This document shows positions 30,810-38,220 of a stretch of 42,979 bases of DNA, in pieces. The notes below the pieces were generated by a model. That model was not told the DNA's origin. It ran no database searches and saw nothing but the letters and a program-made list of their open reading frames with translations. Numbering within the stretch: the stretch's first letter is position 1; each line of letters begins with the position of its first letter. Location: IMG/VR virus record IMGVR_UViG_3300029619_000014, positions 1 through 42,979 of that record. The stretch is one strand, 5' to 3'. A program made the position numbers and the translations under genes. Source of the DNA: a virus.

Positions 30810-30993
30810 CCTCTCCTCACCCCCTCGTTTACCTTTCGTAGCTCAGAACTTTTTTGTTATTCATTTCATTCCCTGTGCATACGTTATCATGTCCTATGTA
30901 TTTTGTCAAGCACATTTTTATGCCTACGGAATATTTTTTATTGACTTTTTCCGTCTTGCGTGGTAACGTAGTGCCAGAAAGGTGGTGATCCCG

Positions 30994-31374
30994 ATGGGCA
31001 CGATCAGTGAGCGCATCGCGTTTCTTATTAAAAATCAAGACCTGACACAGGCAAAATTCGCTGACCTTTTGCATCTTACGCAGGCTTATGTGTCTCGTAT
31101 TTGTTCCGGCGCGAAGCAGCCCAGCGACCGCACGATCTCGGACATCTGCCGGGTGTTCAGCGTCTCGGAGGCGTGGCTGCGCGATGGCGTCGGCGAGATG
31201 TATGTCCGCCGCAGCGCCAATGAAGAGCTGGCGATCCTCGTCAACGATCTCATGTCCGACGCCGACGAATCCTTCCGCAAGCGGTTCGTCTCCCTCCTCC
31301 TGGCGCTCCCGCCGGAAAGCTGGGCAGCAATCGAGGATTTTGCAAAAAAACTGCAAAAAAACACCGAGGACTGA
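30994..31374 (+). CDS. XRE-family HTH repressor (CI-like, 126 aa)
   Basis: ISERIAFLIKNQDLTQAKFADLLHLTQAYVSRICSG is an HTH_3 pattern; the ATG at 30994 follows GAAAGGTGGTG. Confidence 0.8.
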   Translation: MGTISERIAFLIKNQDLTQAKFADLLHLTQAYVSRICSGAKQPSDRTISDICRVFSVSEAWLRDGVGEMYVRRSANEELAILVNDLMSDADESFRKRFVSLLLALPPESWAAIEDFAKKLQKNTED

Positions 31375-31480
31375 CCCGTCCCCGGTGCTTTTTCTATTTT
31401 CACCAAATCTCAGCATCAAGATTTGTCTATTATTCCCGCTGTATCTATACACCGCCATGTTGTAATATTTTATTAAGTCC

Positions 31481-31777
31481 ATGCGCAAAGGCGGTATCCA
31501 TATGAAGAACAGCCCGACCGTTCTAACTATCTGTATCGTTATCATCGTGATTCTATTGCGTTTGCTGTTTATGACCCCGCAGCTTCGTTCCGAATCCTAT
31601 AATGACGGTCACGAGACCGGCTATGATTCAGGCTATTCCGACGGCTATAACGACGGCTATAACGACGGCTATAGCGACGGCTATGCCAGCGGCTATGATC
31701 GCGGTTACGATGACGGGTACACAGATGGATACGGCGATGCGTATGACGAATTTTATGATGGCAGTTCCGAAGAGTAG
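31481..31777 (+). CDS. Membrane-anchored D-G-Y tetrapeptide-repeat protein (98 aa; alternative start 31502)
   Basis: TM segment then GYDSGYSDGYNDGYNDGYSDGYASGYDRGYDDGYTDGYGDAYDEFYDG. Confidence 0.65.
   Translation: MRKGGIHMKNSPTVLTICIVIIVILLRLLFMTPQLRSESYNDGHETGYDSGYSDGYNDGYNDGYSDGYASGYDRGYDDGYTDGYGDAYDEFYDGSSEE
31619..31746 (+). repeat. About 10 tandem 12-nt units (GGCTAT NNN GAC-like) encoding the GY-x-x repeats
   Basis: Visible periodicity ggctatgattca ggctattccgac ggctataacgac ggctataacgac ggctatagcgac ggctatgccagc ggctatgatcgc ggttacgatgac gggtacacagat ggatacggcgat. Confidence 0.85.
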
Positions 31778-31832
31778 CCCGATACGCCCCACGCACAGTC
31801 GGAATCGCCACTATAGAGAGGTGTCTTTCAAT

Positions 31833-32564
31833 ATGCGCCGCGTCGTTTCTTGGTTTTCCCTCCTGCCTGTTGGGTGCATCCTGCGCACGCTAGGTTTGTT
31901 GATTATTGTTCTGACCTCTTTTCTGGCTAATCTCATTTGCTCTTATGTCCCTTCGCCTTTTTCCCGCATTTTGTATTATGCTATAAGGTTCATAATGTTT
32001 GCCCCGCTCGTAACTGCCGCGTATTATGCCATAACCCTCACGATCTCTGTTTCCGAATCATTTTCCCCTTCTCCAAAGGGTTTGAGGTACTACATATATG
32101 GCGGCATTGGACTTGCAATTGCTGTCATTACGCTTATCCTCTGTCTGCTCCATGTAGTTGAACGCACTTTTAGTGATACCTATCTTTTCTTTTACTACCT
32201 CGGCTTTCTCTTTGCCGTTCGCAGAAGACCAGAACACGACTTGAAGCGTACTTCCGCTATCATTATCCTTGTAGCCTCCATCCTGATTTTTTCCGTTCTC
32301 TTGGGGCTTTCACGTCGCTTCCCGGCTGTTTTCCAGTATCCCACATCATTTGATTCTGACGATACGTCTTACACCTCTTCCGCCGTCGATTCGTCCTACT
32401 CTGCCGCAGAGAGCGGTGATGTATATACCGTCTATGTCACGCAGAGTGGCGCAAAATACCACCGCAAAAATTGTCCTGCAATCAGAGATCGAAATGTTAC
32501 CGCGCTCTCGCTTGAGGACGCCATCGCAAACGACTACGAACCCTGCAAAAAATGTAATCCCTGA
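31833..32564 (+). CDS. Multi-pass membrane protein with C-terminal H/C3 zinc-ribbon-like tail (243 aa)
   Basis: Start at ATG 31833 (the upstream part of the track ORF overlaps the previous gene); several TM segments; C-terminus GAKYHRKNCPAIRDRN...DYEPCKKCNP. Confidence 0.68.
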   Translation: MRRVVSWFSLLPVGCILRTLGLLIIVLTSFLANLICSYVPSPFSRILYYAIRFIMFAPLVTAAYYAITLTISVSESFSPSPKGLRYYIYGGIGLAIAVITLILCLLHVVERTFSDTYLFFYYLGFLFAVRRRPEHDLKRTSAIIILVASILIFSVLLGLSRRFPAVFQYPTSFDSDDTSYTSSAVDSSYSAAESGDVYTVYVTQSGAKYHRKNCPAIRDRNVTALSLEDAIANDYEPCKKCNP

Positions 32565-32580
32565 TTCGCGCAAAGAAAAC

Positions 32581-32614
32581 CGCCGGAGCGCTGACCCGCT
32601 CCGGCGTTTCCTTT
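32581..32614 (+). terminator. Rho-independent terminator
   Basis: CGCCGGAGCG-CTGACC-CGCTCCGGCG followed by TTTCCTTT, preceded by AAAA (could act in both directions). Confidence 0.68.
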
Positions 32615-32711
32615 ACTTCGTCAGATTCTGTATGAACCTCCACACGATCCATACCGTATCTGCCCGCATTGCCTCCACCAGCTCCACGATCTCACGCTTC
32701 TTCTGCTCCAT
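32613..32711 (-). CDS. Possible 32-aa micro-ORF (MEQKKREIVELVEAMRADTVWIVWRFIQNLTK)
   Basis: GGAGGG 9 nt upstream of the ATG; ends at the terminator; hand-translated. Confidence 0.3.
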   Translation of the reverse strand: MEQKKREIVELVEAMRADTVWIVWRFIQNLTK

Positions 32712-32876
32712 TGTTTTCTACCCTCCGTATGACCCGCACCTATATGTTAGAACATACGTTCTGCATTTGCAATTGTGAATCTCTCCAAATCTCTGCGGCG
32801 GATTTTTACCCCTCCAAAAATCCGACGCGTTTTTTGTGCATCCTGCCACTTTCGCGCTTCCAGATATTGTGTTACC

Positions 32877-33053
32877 CTAGGATAAAGGGGCTTCCTTGCG
32901 CTTCGTCTGTGCGCCCATCGCGCACGCAACGCTCACCCAAACTGGCGAGCCGGAGATGTATTCGATCTTAAAGCCCTGCACATTCTGTATCTCCTGCCCG
33001 TCCAGCATCACGCGCACCCGCTCGCCCTCTGCTTCCACCGTGATCCTTCTCAT
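32877..33053 (-). CDS. Small hypothetical protein (58 aa, MRRITVEAEGERVRVMLDGQEIQNVQGFKIEY...)
   Basis: GGGGAGGA 8 nt before the ATG at 33053. Confidence 0.4.
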   Translation of the reverse strand: MRRITVEAEGERVRVMLDGQEIQNVQGFKIEYISGSPVWVSVACAMGAQTKRKEAPLS

Positions 33054-33248
33054 CTGCATATCCTCCCCGTCAGCCCGGTCTCCCGCGGCTGTTTTTTGTT
33101 CTCGTTTCCTGTACCTATATCGTACCATCATCTTCCTGCAAATGTCCATACTCCAGATTGCGAATCGCTACCCTGATTTTGAAATACCGTAACCTGAATT
33201 GCAAATTTCTTATCCTGTTTTTGAAAACCTGTTTTGGAGGCGTATATC

Positions 33249-33815
33249 TTGACATCCACGGAGAAATTGCAGCCCTATTTTGAATCGTACTCGCAGAAGA
33301 TCAAGCAGCGGCGAAATGAACTTGGTATGTCTTCGAAAGCGCTCGCCGCAAAGTCCGGCGTCCCGTACTCAAACATCTGCCGCGTCGATACCGGCGCGCA
33401 GGCGAACCCGCTGCTCTATAACGCCGCCGCCACGGCGGACGTTCTCGGTCTCTCTCTGGACGAGCTGTGCGGTCTTACCGTCCCTGAGAAAAATACCGAT
33501 GAGCTGAAAGCCCGCTGCCGGAAGCTGGAGCTTGAAAACGCCCGTCTTGCAGCCACAAGAGCCGCGCAGCACGAGCAGATCAAGGCTGTGCATTCCATCT
33601 GCTACGTTCTGGTCTTTTTCTGCGTGCTGCTCGCGCTGTCTCTGGTCTCCTATCTGCTCATCGATTCGCAGGTCACCGACGCCGGGATCATACGCGGCGG
33701 CAAGCTTTCCGTCGCTGCATGGCTTTTTATTTCTCTGATCGCCGCCTCCGTCATTTCCGTCGGCATCGCGATCCTGCTCATCATCCGTAAAGAACGCAGA
33801 AATTCCCCATCGTAA
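33249..33815 (+). CDS. Membrane-tethered XRE-type HTH protein (HTH, coiled coil, two C-terminal TM segments)
   Basis: QKIKQRRNELGMSSKALAAKSGVPYSNICRVDTG is an HTH pattern; C-terminal ICYVLVFFCVLLALSLVSYLLI and AAWLFISLIAASVISVGIAILLII; TTG start 8 nt after GGAGG. Confidence 0.68.
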   Translation: MTSTEKLQPYFESYSQKIKQRRNELGMSSKALAAKSGVPYSNICRVDTGAQANPLLYNAAATADVLGLSLDELCGLTVPEKNTDELKARCRKLELENARLAATRAAQHEQIKAVHSICYVLVFFCVLLALSLVSYLLIDSQVTDAGIIRGGKLSVAAWLFISLIAASVISVGIAILLIIRKERRNSPS

Positions 33816-33843
33816 TTCTGTTATCAATTCCCGGAGGTATCCC

Positions 33844-34998
33844 ATGAAAGTCCCCGAACCCCGTAAGCTCCCCAGCGGTACATACTTCATCCAGCTCCGC
33901 CTCGGCGGCCAGAGCGTCCCCATCTCCGCCCCCACCCGCCGTGAGTGCATCCAGCAGGCGCAGCTCAAAAAAGCAGAGTACCGCGCCGGTCTCCGCACCG
34001 CCGCGCCTAAAACTGACCAGACGCTTCGTCAGATCATGCAGGCATACATTGATGTGCTTCCGCCCGATACATCCCCTTCGACGGTGCGCGGCTACTACAT
34101 CATTATGGACAATCGTTTCCCATCTGTGATCGATACGCCCGTCTCACGCATTGACTGGTCGTCTGTGATGGAGGCGCTGACCGCCAAATATTCGCACAAA
34201 ACTCTCAAAAACACATGGGGTTTTCTCACCTCCTGCCTTCGTTCCGCCGGTGTCCCTACCCCAGATGCCAACGTCCCCAAGCAGAAAAAGCAATCCCCTA
34301 TGCCGCACTTTCTTGAACCCGAACAGATTTTGCAAGTGCTTTCGCTCCTGCGCGGAAAAAAATACGAGATTCCCGCGCTGCTTGCCCTGCACTCTCTCCG
34401 TCGGTCCGAGATCATGGCGCTCGACTATTCCGACATTGATCTCAAAAAGAATACGATAACCGTCCATGGCGCGCTCGTACCTGATAAAAACAATGACCTC
34501 GTATACCGGGACGAAAACAAGACGCTGTCCAGCCAGCGCGTCATTCCCATCATGATCCCACGTCTCGCAGAGCTGATCCGCGAATCCGGGCAGACCTCCG
34601 GGCGTATTTGGTCTAAAACGCCGCATGGTCTATATCATACCATGGAAAAGATTTGTAAAACGCTAGGCGTCCCCAACGTCGGCGCTCACGGTCTGCGGCA
34701 CAGCTTTGCTTCCCTTGCCTATCACCTTCGTTTTTCCGAGATGGAGACAATGGAGATCGGCGGTTGGTCGGATCATAACACCATGCGCAAAATCTACACG
34801 CACCTTGCGCGGATGGATCGGCTGAAAGCGCAAAACAGTATGGCTCAGTTTTACCGCGCAGCCGACGCCCGCCAGCCGGATGGTCAGACATCCGCACGGG
34901 TCGATCTTTCAGCATTCTGGACTTCATCGTGGTATGCAGCAGCAAACGTTGTCTACTCAGATTGCTATAATGCTAACGAAAATGCTAACGAAAAATAA
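33844..34998 (+). CDS. int: Tyrosine integrase (384 aa, with an unusual ~45-aa C-terminal extension)
   Basis: ...AHGLRHSFASLAY...GGWSDHNTMRKIYTHL catalytic pattern; GGAGGT RBS; adjacent attP. Confidence 0.9.
   Translation: MKVPEPRKLPSGTYFIQLRLGGQSVPISAPTRRECIQQAQLKKAEYRAGLRTAAPKTDQTLRQIMQAYIDVLPPDTSPSTVRGYYIIMDNRFPSVIDTPVSRIDWSSVMEALTAKYSHKTLKNTWGFLTSCLRSAGVPTPDANVPKQKKQSPMPHFLEPEQILQVLSLLRGKKYEIPALLALHSLRRSEIMALDYSDIDLKKNTITVHGALVPDKNNDLVYRDENKTLSSQRVIPIMIPRLAELIRESGQTSGRIWSKTPHGLYHTMEKICKTLGVPNVGAHGLRHSFASLAYHLRFSEMETMEIGGWSDHNTMRKIYTHLARMDRLKAQNSMAQFYRAADARQPDGQTSARVDLSAFWTSSWYAAANVVYSDCYNANENANEK
34969..34990 (+). repeat. Two direct copies of AATGCTAACG (candidate integrase arm-type sites, P arm)
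   Basis: 34969-34978 and 34981-34990; the same 10-mer recurs three times at 35180-35221. Confidence 0.7.
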
Positions 34999-35036
34999 AT
35001 TCCCTGTATTTTCAATGTGTTTACGGCTGCTCAATC

Positions 35037-35063
35037 AGGGTTCGAATCCCTCATCCCCTGCCA
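35037..35063 (+). other. attP core: 3' fragment of a tRNA gene (T-arm, acceptor 3' strand, CCA)
   Basis: AGGGTTCGAATCCCTCATCCCCTGCCA has a GTTCGAATC T-loop flanked by AGGG/CCCT, then a 7-nt acceptor strand, a discriminator G and CCA. There is no matching 5' half upstream. Confidence 0.75.
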
Positions 35064-35070
35064 TAGCGCG

Positions 35071-35104
35071 AAAAACCAGCAATCCGTTGCGATTGCTGGT
35101 TTTT
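35071..35104. terminator. Bidirectional Rho-independent terminator next to the attP core
   Basis: AAAAACCAGCAATC-CGTTGC-GATTGCTGGTTTTT. Confidence 0.7.
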
Positions 35105-35179
35105 CCTTATATGTCAATGTTTTCCCAGCTTTTTAGCATTATGTTTTCTCATAAAATACTCTGCATTCGCACCCGCAAA

Positions 35180-35221
35180 AATGCTAACGCAGAATACAAA
35201 ATGCTAACGAAAATGCTAACG
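35180..35221 (+). repeat. Three direct copies of AATGCTAACG (P' arm), plus an inverted partial copy TTAGCATT at 35133-35140
   Basis: 35180-35189, 35200-35209, 35212-35221. Confidence 0.7.
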
Positions 35222-35683
35222 CCCAGCAGCCACGCACCGATAATACGCCGCGATTTTCTTCTCCGCACCGCCGCCGTCGCGGTCCATCAAAAACGCCTTT
35301 GCCATCTTTGCGTAATAGTCCGGGCGATCCACGCCGTACTCGCGCGCGACCGCGCAATAGTCCGAGTAGATCATGTTCATTGCCGCGTACCACGCCGACG
35401 TGCCCAGCGCCTGCGCATCCACGCCGATGCTCCGCGCCGCCGCTGTCGTCTGCTCCTGTGTCCAGTGCTCGCCCGTGCTGCCGTCCTCGTTTTCCATTTC
35501 GGACACCCACGCCCGCGCGTCCGCCTCCGTAAAGGTCTCCGAGTGCTCGCTGTGCAGCGCGTCCAGACTGCACAGCAGCCCTGCAATAATGCCCGCCTCC
35601 TCGATATGTCCGAGCGTCATCGGCTCGTCGATGAGCTTGTGCAGCCGCTCATGGAGCTTGCGTTTGTATTCGCACTTTTCCAT
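35216..35683 (-). CDS. Hypothetical protein (155 aa)
   Basis: The ATG at 35683 overlaps the upstream TGA. Confidence 0.62.
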   Translation of the reverse strand: MEKCEYKRKLHERLHKLIDEPMTLGHIEEAGIIAGLLCSLDALHSEHSETFTEADARAWVSEMENEDGSTGEHWTQEQTTAAARSIGVDAQALGTSAWYAAMNMIYSDYCAVAREYGVDRPDYYAKMAKAFLMDRDGGGAEKKIAAYYRCVAAGR

Positions 35684-36024
35684 CACAATTCCTCCTGCAC
35701 CATGCTGTACAGCCTGTCCAAATCGTTCACGTCAAATCGCAACTCCCCAATAATGGGGATGTTGACCGGCAGCTTCTTGCCGTCCAGCTTCGGACGTGCG
35801 ACACTGTACAGCTTTTCCACGTCCACGTTGCCGCTCTCATCCATCACGCCCATCATCTGCACCACAGGATGCTCCCGCAGCGCAAGGAGCTTGTCCCTGC
35901 CGCCCTGCATCACAAGTGCCAGCATGATTCCCGCGCCGATGCCCTTGCCGGTCGGCAGGCGGGGCAAAACCTCATTGTCCGCAAAGCGCGTCACCGCTCG
36001 CATGATCTGGTCAATCGTCGCCAT
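35683..36024 (-). CDS. Hypothetical protein (113 aa)
   Basis: GGAGGT RBS. Confidence 0.62.
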   Translation of the reverse strand: MATIDQIMRAVTRFADNEVLPRLPTGKGIGAGIMLALVMQGGRDKLLALREHPVVQMMGVMDESGNVDVEKLYSVARPKLDGKKLPVNIPIIGELRFDVNDLDRLYSMVQEEL

Positions 36025-36073
36025 GCTTTACCTCCGTTTCGTGCGGGGCGGCTTTCGCCGCCCCTTTTGTGTG

Positions 36074-36619
36074 TCAGTTGCCGCAGCACTCGCCGCACTT
36101 CGGCAGCGGATTGTAGAGGGACTGCGGCGTTGTGCCCGTGCCGGTGGTAACGTCTGCGACCATCTTCGGGTAAAACGTCGCGTTTGCATAGGTGACAATG
36201 CTGTTGTCAGCGCAGCAGCGGCGCTCTGCCTCCATCTTGATCTTCTCGTTCAGACGCTCCTCCACGCAGGCGATGTCCTGCCGCGCCAGCGTGAAGCTGT
36301 CCTCGGTTTTCTGGTTGTGCACCGCCTGTGCCGCCAGCCCATTACGCACGTCCTTGAGCTGCCCGTCGATGTACGCGTACACCTCCAACATCTTCTGATC
36401 GTTGTAGGTGTTGGCTTTCAGCAGCGCGATCTCGCTGTCCTTCGCCGCGAGCTTCGTCTCGCGATCCAGCTCATACCGGGATACCGGCGTGTTCTCGCTG
36501 CACGCGCCGCCCCAGCCGCCGAAAAGACTGCCAAGACCCCCATTCAGAACACCCAGCCCCGTGCCGATCGCGCCCAGCGTGACGCCCAGGTTGCCCTTGC
36601 CATTGCTTGCATACTCCAT
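36074..36619 (-). CDS. Gly-zipper N-terminus / coiled-coil / Cys-rich C-terminus protein (181 aa)
   Basis: AAAAGGAGGT RBS; GVTLGAIGTGLGVLNGGLGSLFGGWGG...; C-terminus PLPKCGECCGN. Confidence 0.68.
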   Translation of the reverse strand: MEYASNGKGNLGVTLGAIGTGLGVLNGGLGSLFGGWGGACSENTPVSRYELDRETKLAAKDSEIALLKANTYNDQKMLEVYAYIDGQLKDVRNGLAAQAVHNQKTEDSFTLARQDIACVEERLNEKIKMEAERRCCADNSIVTYANATFYPKMVADVTTGTGTTPQSLYNPLPKCGECCGN

Positions 36620-36692
36620 TGCTCATACCTCCTTTTGTGTAGTAAGCCGTTCGGCTTCTACCGTCAGTATGCGCTTTTCCTTTTTTCGATGT

Positions 36693-36714
36693 GCCTCAGT
36701 TTTGCCTCAGTTTT
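36693..36714. repeat. Perfect tandem 11-mer GCCTCAGTTTT x2
   Basis: 36693-36703 and 36704-36714, spanning the stop of the RHH-like gene, upstream of the 36619 gene. Confidence 0.8.
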
Positions 36715-36895
36715 GATTCTTTTTTCGAATATACGCATCGATCCATCCGCGGATCAGTTCGTTCGGGGTCGTTCCGTTTGCTTTCGCCGCAGCCTTAAAT
36801 GTTTCCGCTATCTCCCGTTTTAGTTTACATGAGAGCACAGCCATGTTTTCTGCATCCCACTTGTTGCGAGCGCGCTTCTGTGCAGAAGTTGTCAT
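36707..36895 (-). CDS. Small ribbon-helix-helix-like protein (62 aa, MTTSAQKRARNKWDAENMAVLSCKLKREIAETFKAAAK...)
   Basis: The ATG at 36895 overlaps the upstream stop; pattern typical of RHH (beta strand, then two helices). Confidence 0.55.
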   Translation of the reverse strand: MTTSAQKRARNKWDAENMAVLSCKLKREIAETFKAAAKANGTTPNELIRGWIDAYIRKKNQN

Positions 36896-37536
36896 ATTTG
36901 ATTTTTCCTTTCCTTCTTCTTGTTCTTCTTTTTTTCGAGATAACTTTGCTTGTTTTCGCTGTACCACTTTTCCCATTTTTCCGCGTAAACCTTCGGATTA
37001 TCGTCCCGATACTGGGCGCAAAGCTGCTTCTTTCGTATTTGCATGCATTCTTCCGAGCAGCACTTTTTCCTCTTTCCATCAAGCAAAAACGGCTTGCCGC
37101 AGACAATGCAGGTCGCTGTTGCGATCACTCTTGAATTTATCCTTGCCTCTCGCTTTTCTTTTCCGAAATTGTTGTAAAAATCGTCAAGGGCTGCTTCGCT
37201 GCGTCGCTCTTTCGCGCAATCCTGACAAAAACGTTGCAGACCTCCACAAACGATATACTCCATTCCGCACCGTTCGCAGGTATCGATCGAACCAAGCTCG
37301 CGCGTTTTACCTTGCCGCTTGCGGCGCTGATACTCTGCGCAGTTTGCTTTCCTGCGTTCGGCGGCGCAGGATTCGCAGTAAAGCGAGCGTGTTCCGTATG
37401 TTTCGTAGGTCTTTCCGCATATTTTACAAATCTTCTTCCGAAGAACTTTAGTTGGGATAAGCCTGCACTTTGGGCATCGCGTGTCTTGGGATTGCCCTTC
37501 AAAATGCGCACCGCAGGTAGAGCAAATTCTGTCCAT
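36892..37536 (-). CDS. Multi-CxxC zinc-ribbon protein (214 aa)
   Basis: GGAGGAAACAAAA before the ATG at 37536; at least five CxxC...CxxC units; K-rich C-terminus. Confidence 0.65.
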   Translation of the reverse strand: MDRICSTCGAHFEGQSQDTRCPKCRLIPTKVLRKKICKICGKTYETYGTRSLYCESCAAERRKANCAEYQRRKRQGKTRELGSIDTCERCGMEYIVCGGLQRFCQDCAKERRSEAALDDFYNNFGKEKREARINSRVIATATCIVCGKPFLLDGKRKKCCSEECMQIRKKQLCAQYRDDNPKVYAEKWEKWYSENKQSYLEKKKNKKKERKNQI

Positions 37537-37567
37537 TTTTGTTTCCTCCACGCCCCGCGTCAAGAGA

Positions 37568-37840
37568 TTAAAGCGCGTATTCGCGGAGGGTCTTTCCATC
37601 AATGAGCACGGAGCGGAGCGTTTCCTCCTCCGCGCTGAACGCGGAAGGCTCATCGGCGTCCTCGATAGAATCGAGATCGGAAAGCGCGTAATTAAACAGC
37701 ACGGCATCAGCATCAAACTCGCTATCATTGTCGTGCACGAGGATTGCCGGCTGGCGCTCTGTGTTGCCAGATTCAAAGGCAATCGCAGTGCAGGTGTAGA
37801 GATCGTATCGCCCGTTGTTGATCGTTTTCTTTTCCATCAT
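37568..37840 (-). CDS. Acidic hypothetical protein (90 aa)
   Basis: GGAAGGAGATATT RBS. Confidence 0.58.
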   Translation of the reverse strand: MMEKKTINNGRYDLYTCTAIAFESGNTERQPAILVHDNDSEFDADAVLFNYALSDLDSIEDADEPSAFSAEEETLRSVLIDGKTLREYAL

Positions 37841-37967
37841 AATATCTCCTTCCGGCTTTCGCCTTGCTTTATCTTATGGCTACATAATATACTGTACTGC
37901 CGTATATGTCAATGGGCTTTTCGGAAATTTCTATAAAAAAATAAGCACCGATTTCTCGGCGCTTATC

Positions 37968-38216
37968 TCAATTATACAATTTGCTAGATGTCCGCTGCAT
38001 CTTCCGCATGATCTCCGGCAGCCGCCTTTGCACCGTCGCGCGCCCTAGATACAGCTCCGTCGCCACATCCACCTGCGGCAGCTTGTCCACATAATAGAGC
38101 CTTGCGATCTGCGTATCCTCTCTGCCAAGATTTGCCTCGCGGATCAAGGTCTCCATGCCCTGCCGCGTCATGCACTCCAACTCCGGCGGCAGCGTCATTC
38201 TGGCGCGTGGCGACAT
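37968..38216 (-). CDS. Sigma-70 region-4-like HTH protein (82 aa), candidate late transcription factor
   Basis: ...EDTQIARLYYVDKLPQVDVATELYLGRATVQRRLPEIMRKM resembles sigma region 4 / RinA-like activators. Confidence 0.6.
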   Translation of the reverse strand: MSPRARMTLPPELECMTRQGMETLIREANLGREDTQIARLYYVDKLPQVDVATELYLGRATVQRRLPEIMRKMQRTSSKLYN

Positions 38217-38220
38217 CTCA

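Noticed and set aside
34988-35063. A complete tRNA gene at attP
   Set aside because: Only the T-arm, acceptor 3' strand and CCA are present. The first T-stem pair is mismatched, and no complementary 5' acceptor strand (AGGGGAT) or D/anticodon arms exist upstream.
36620-36690. Hairpin GTAGAAGCCGAACGGCTTACTAC (minus sense) upstream of the 36619 gene, as a terminator
   Set aside because: No U-run follows it. It may be a 5' UTR stabiliser, but the evidence is insufficient.
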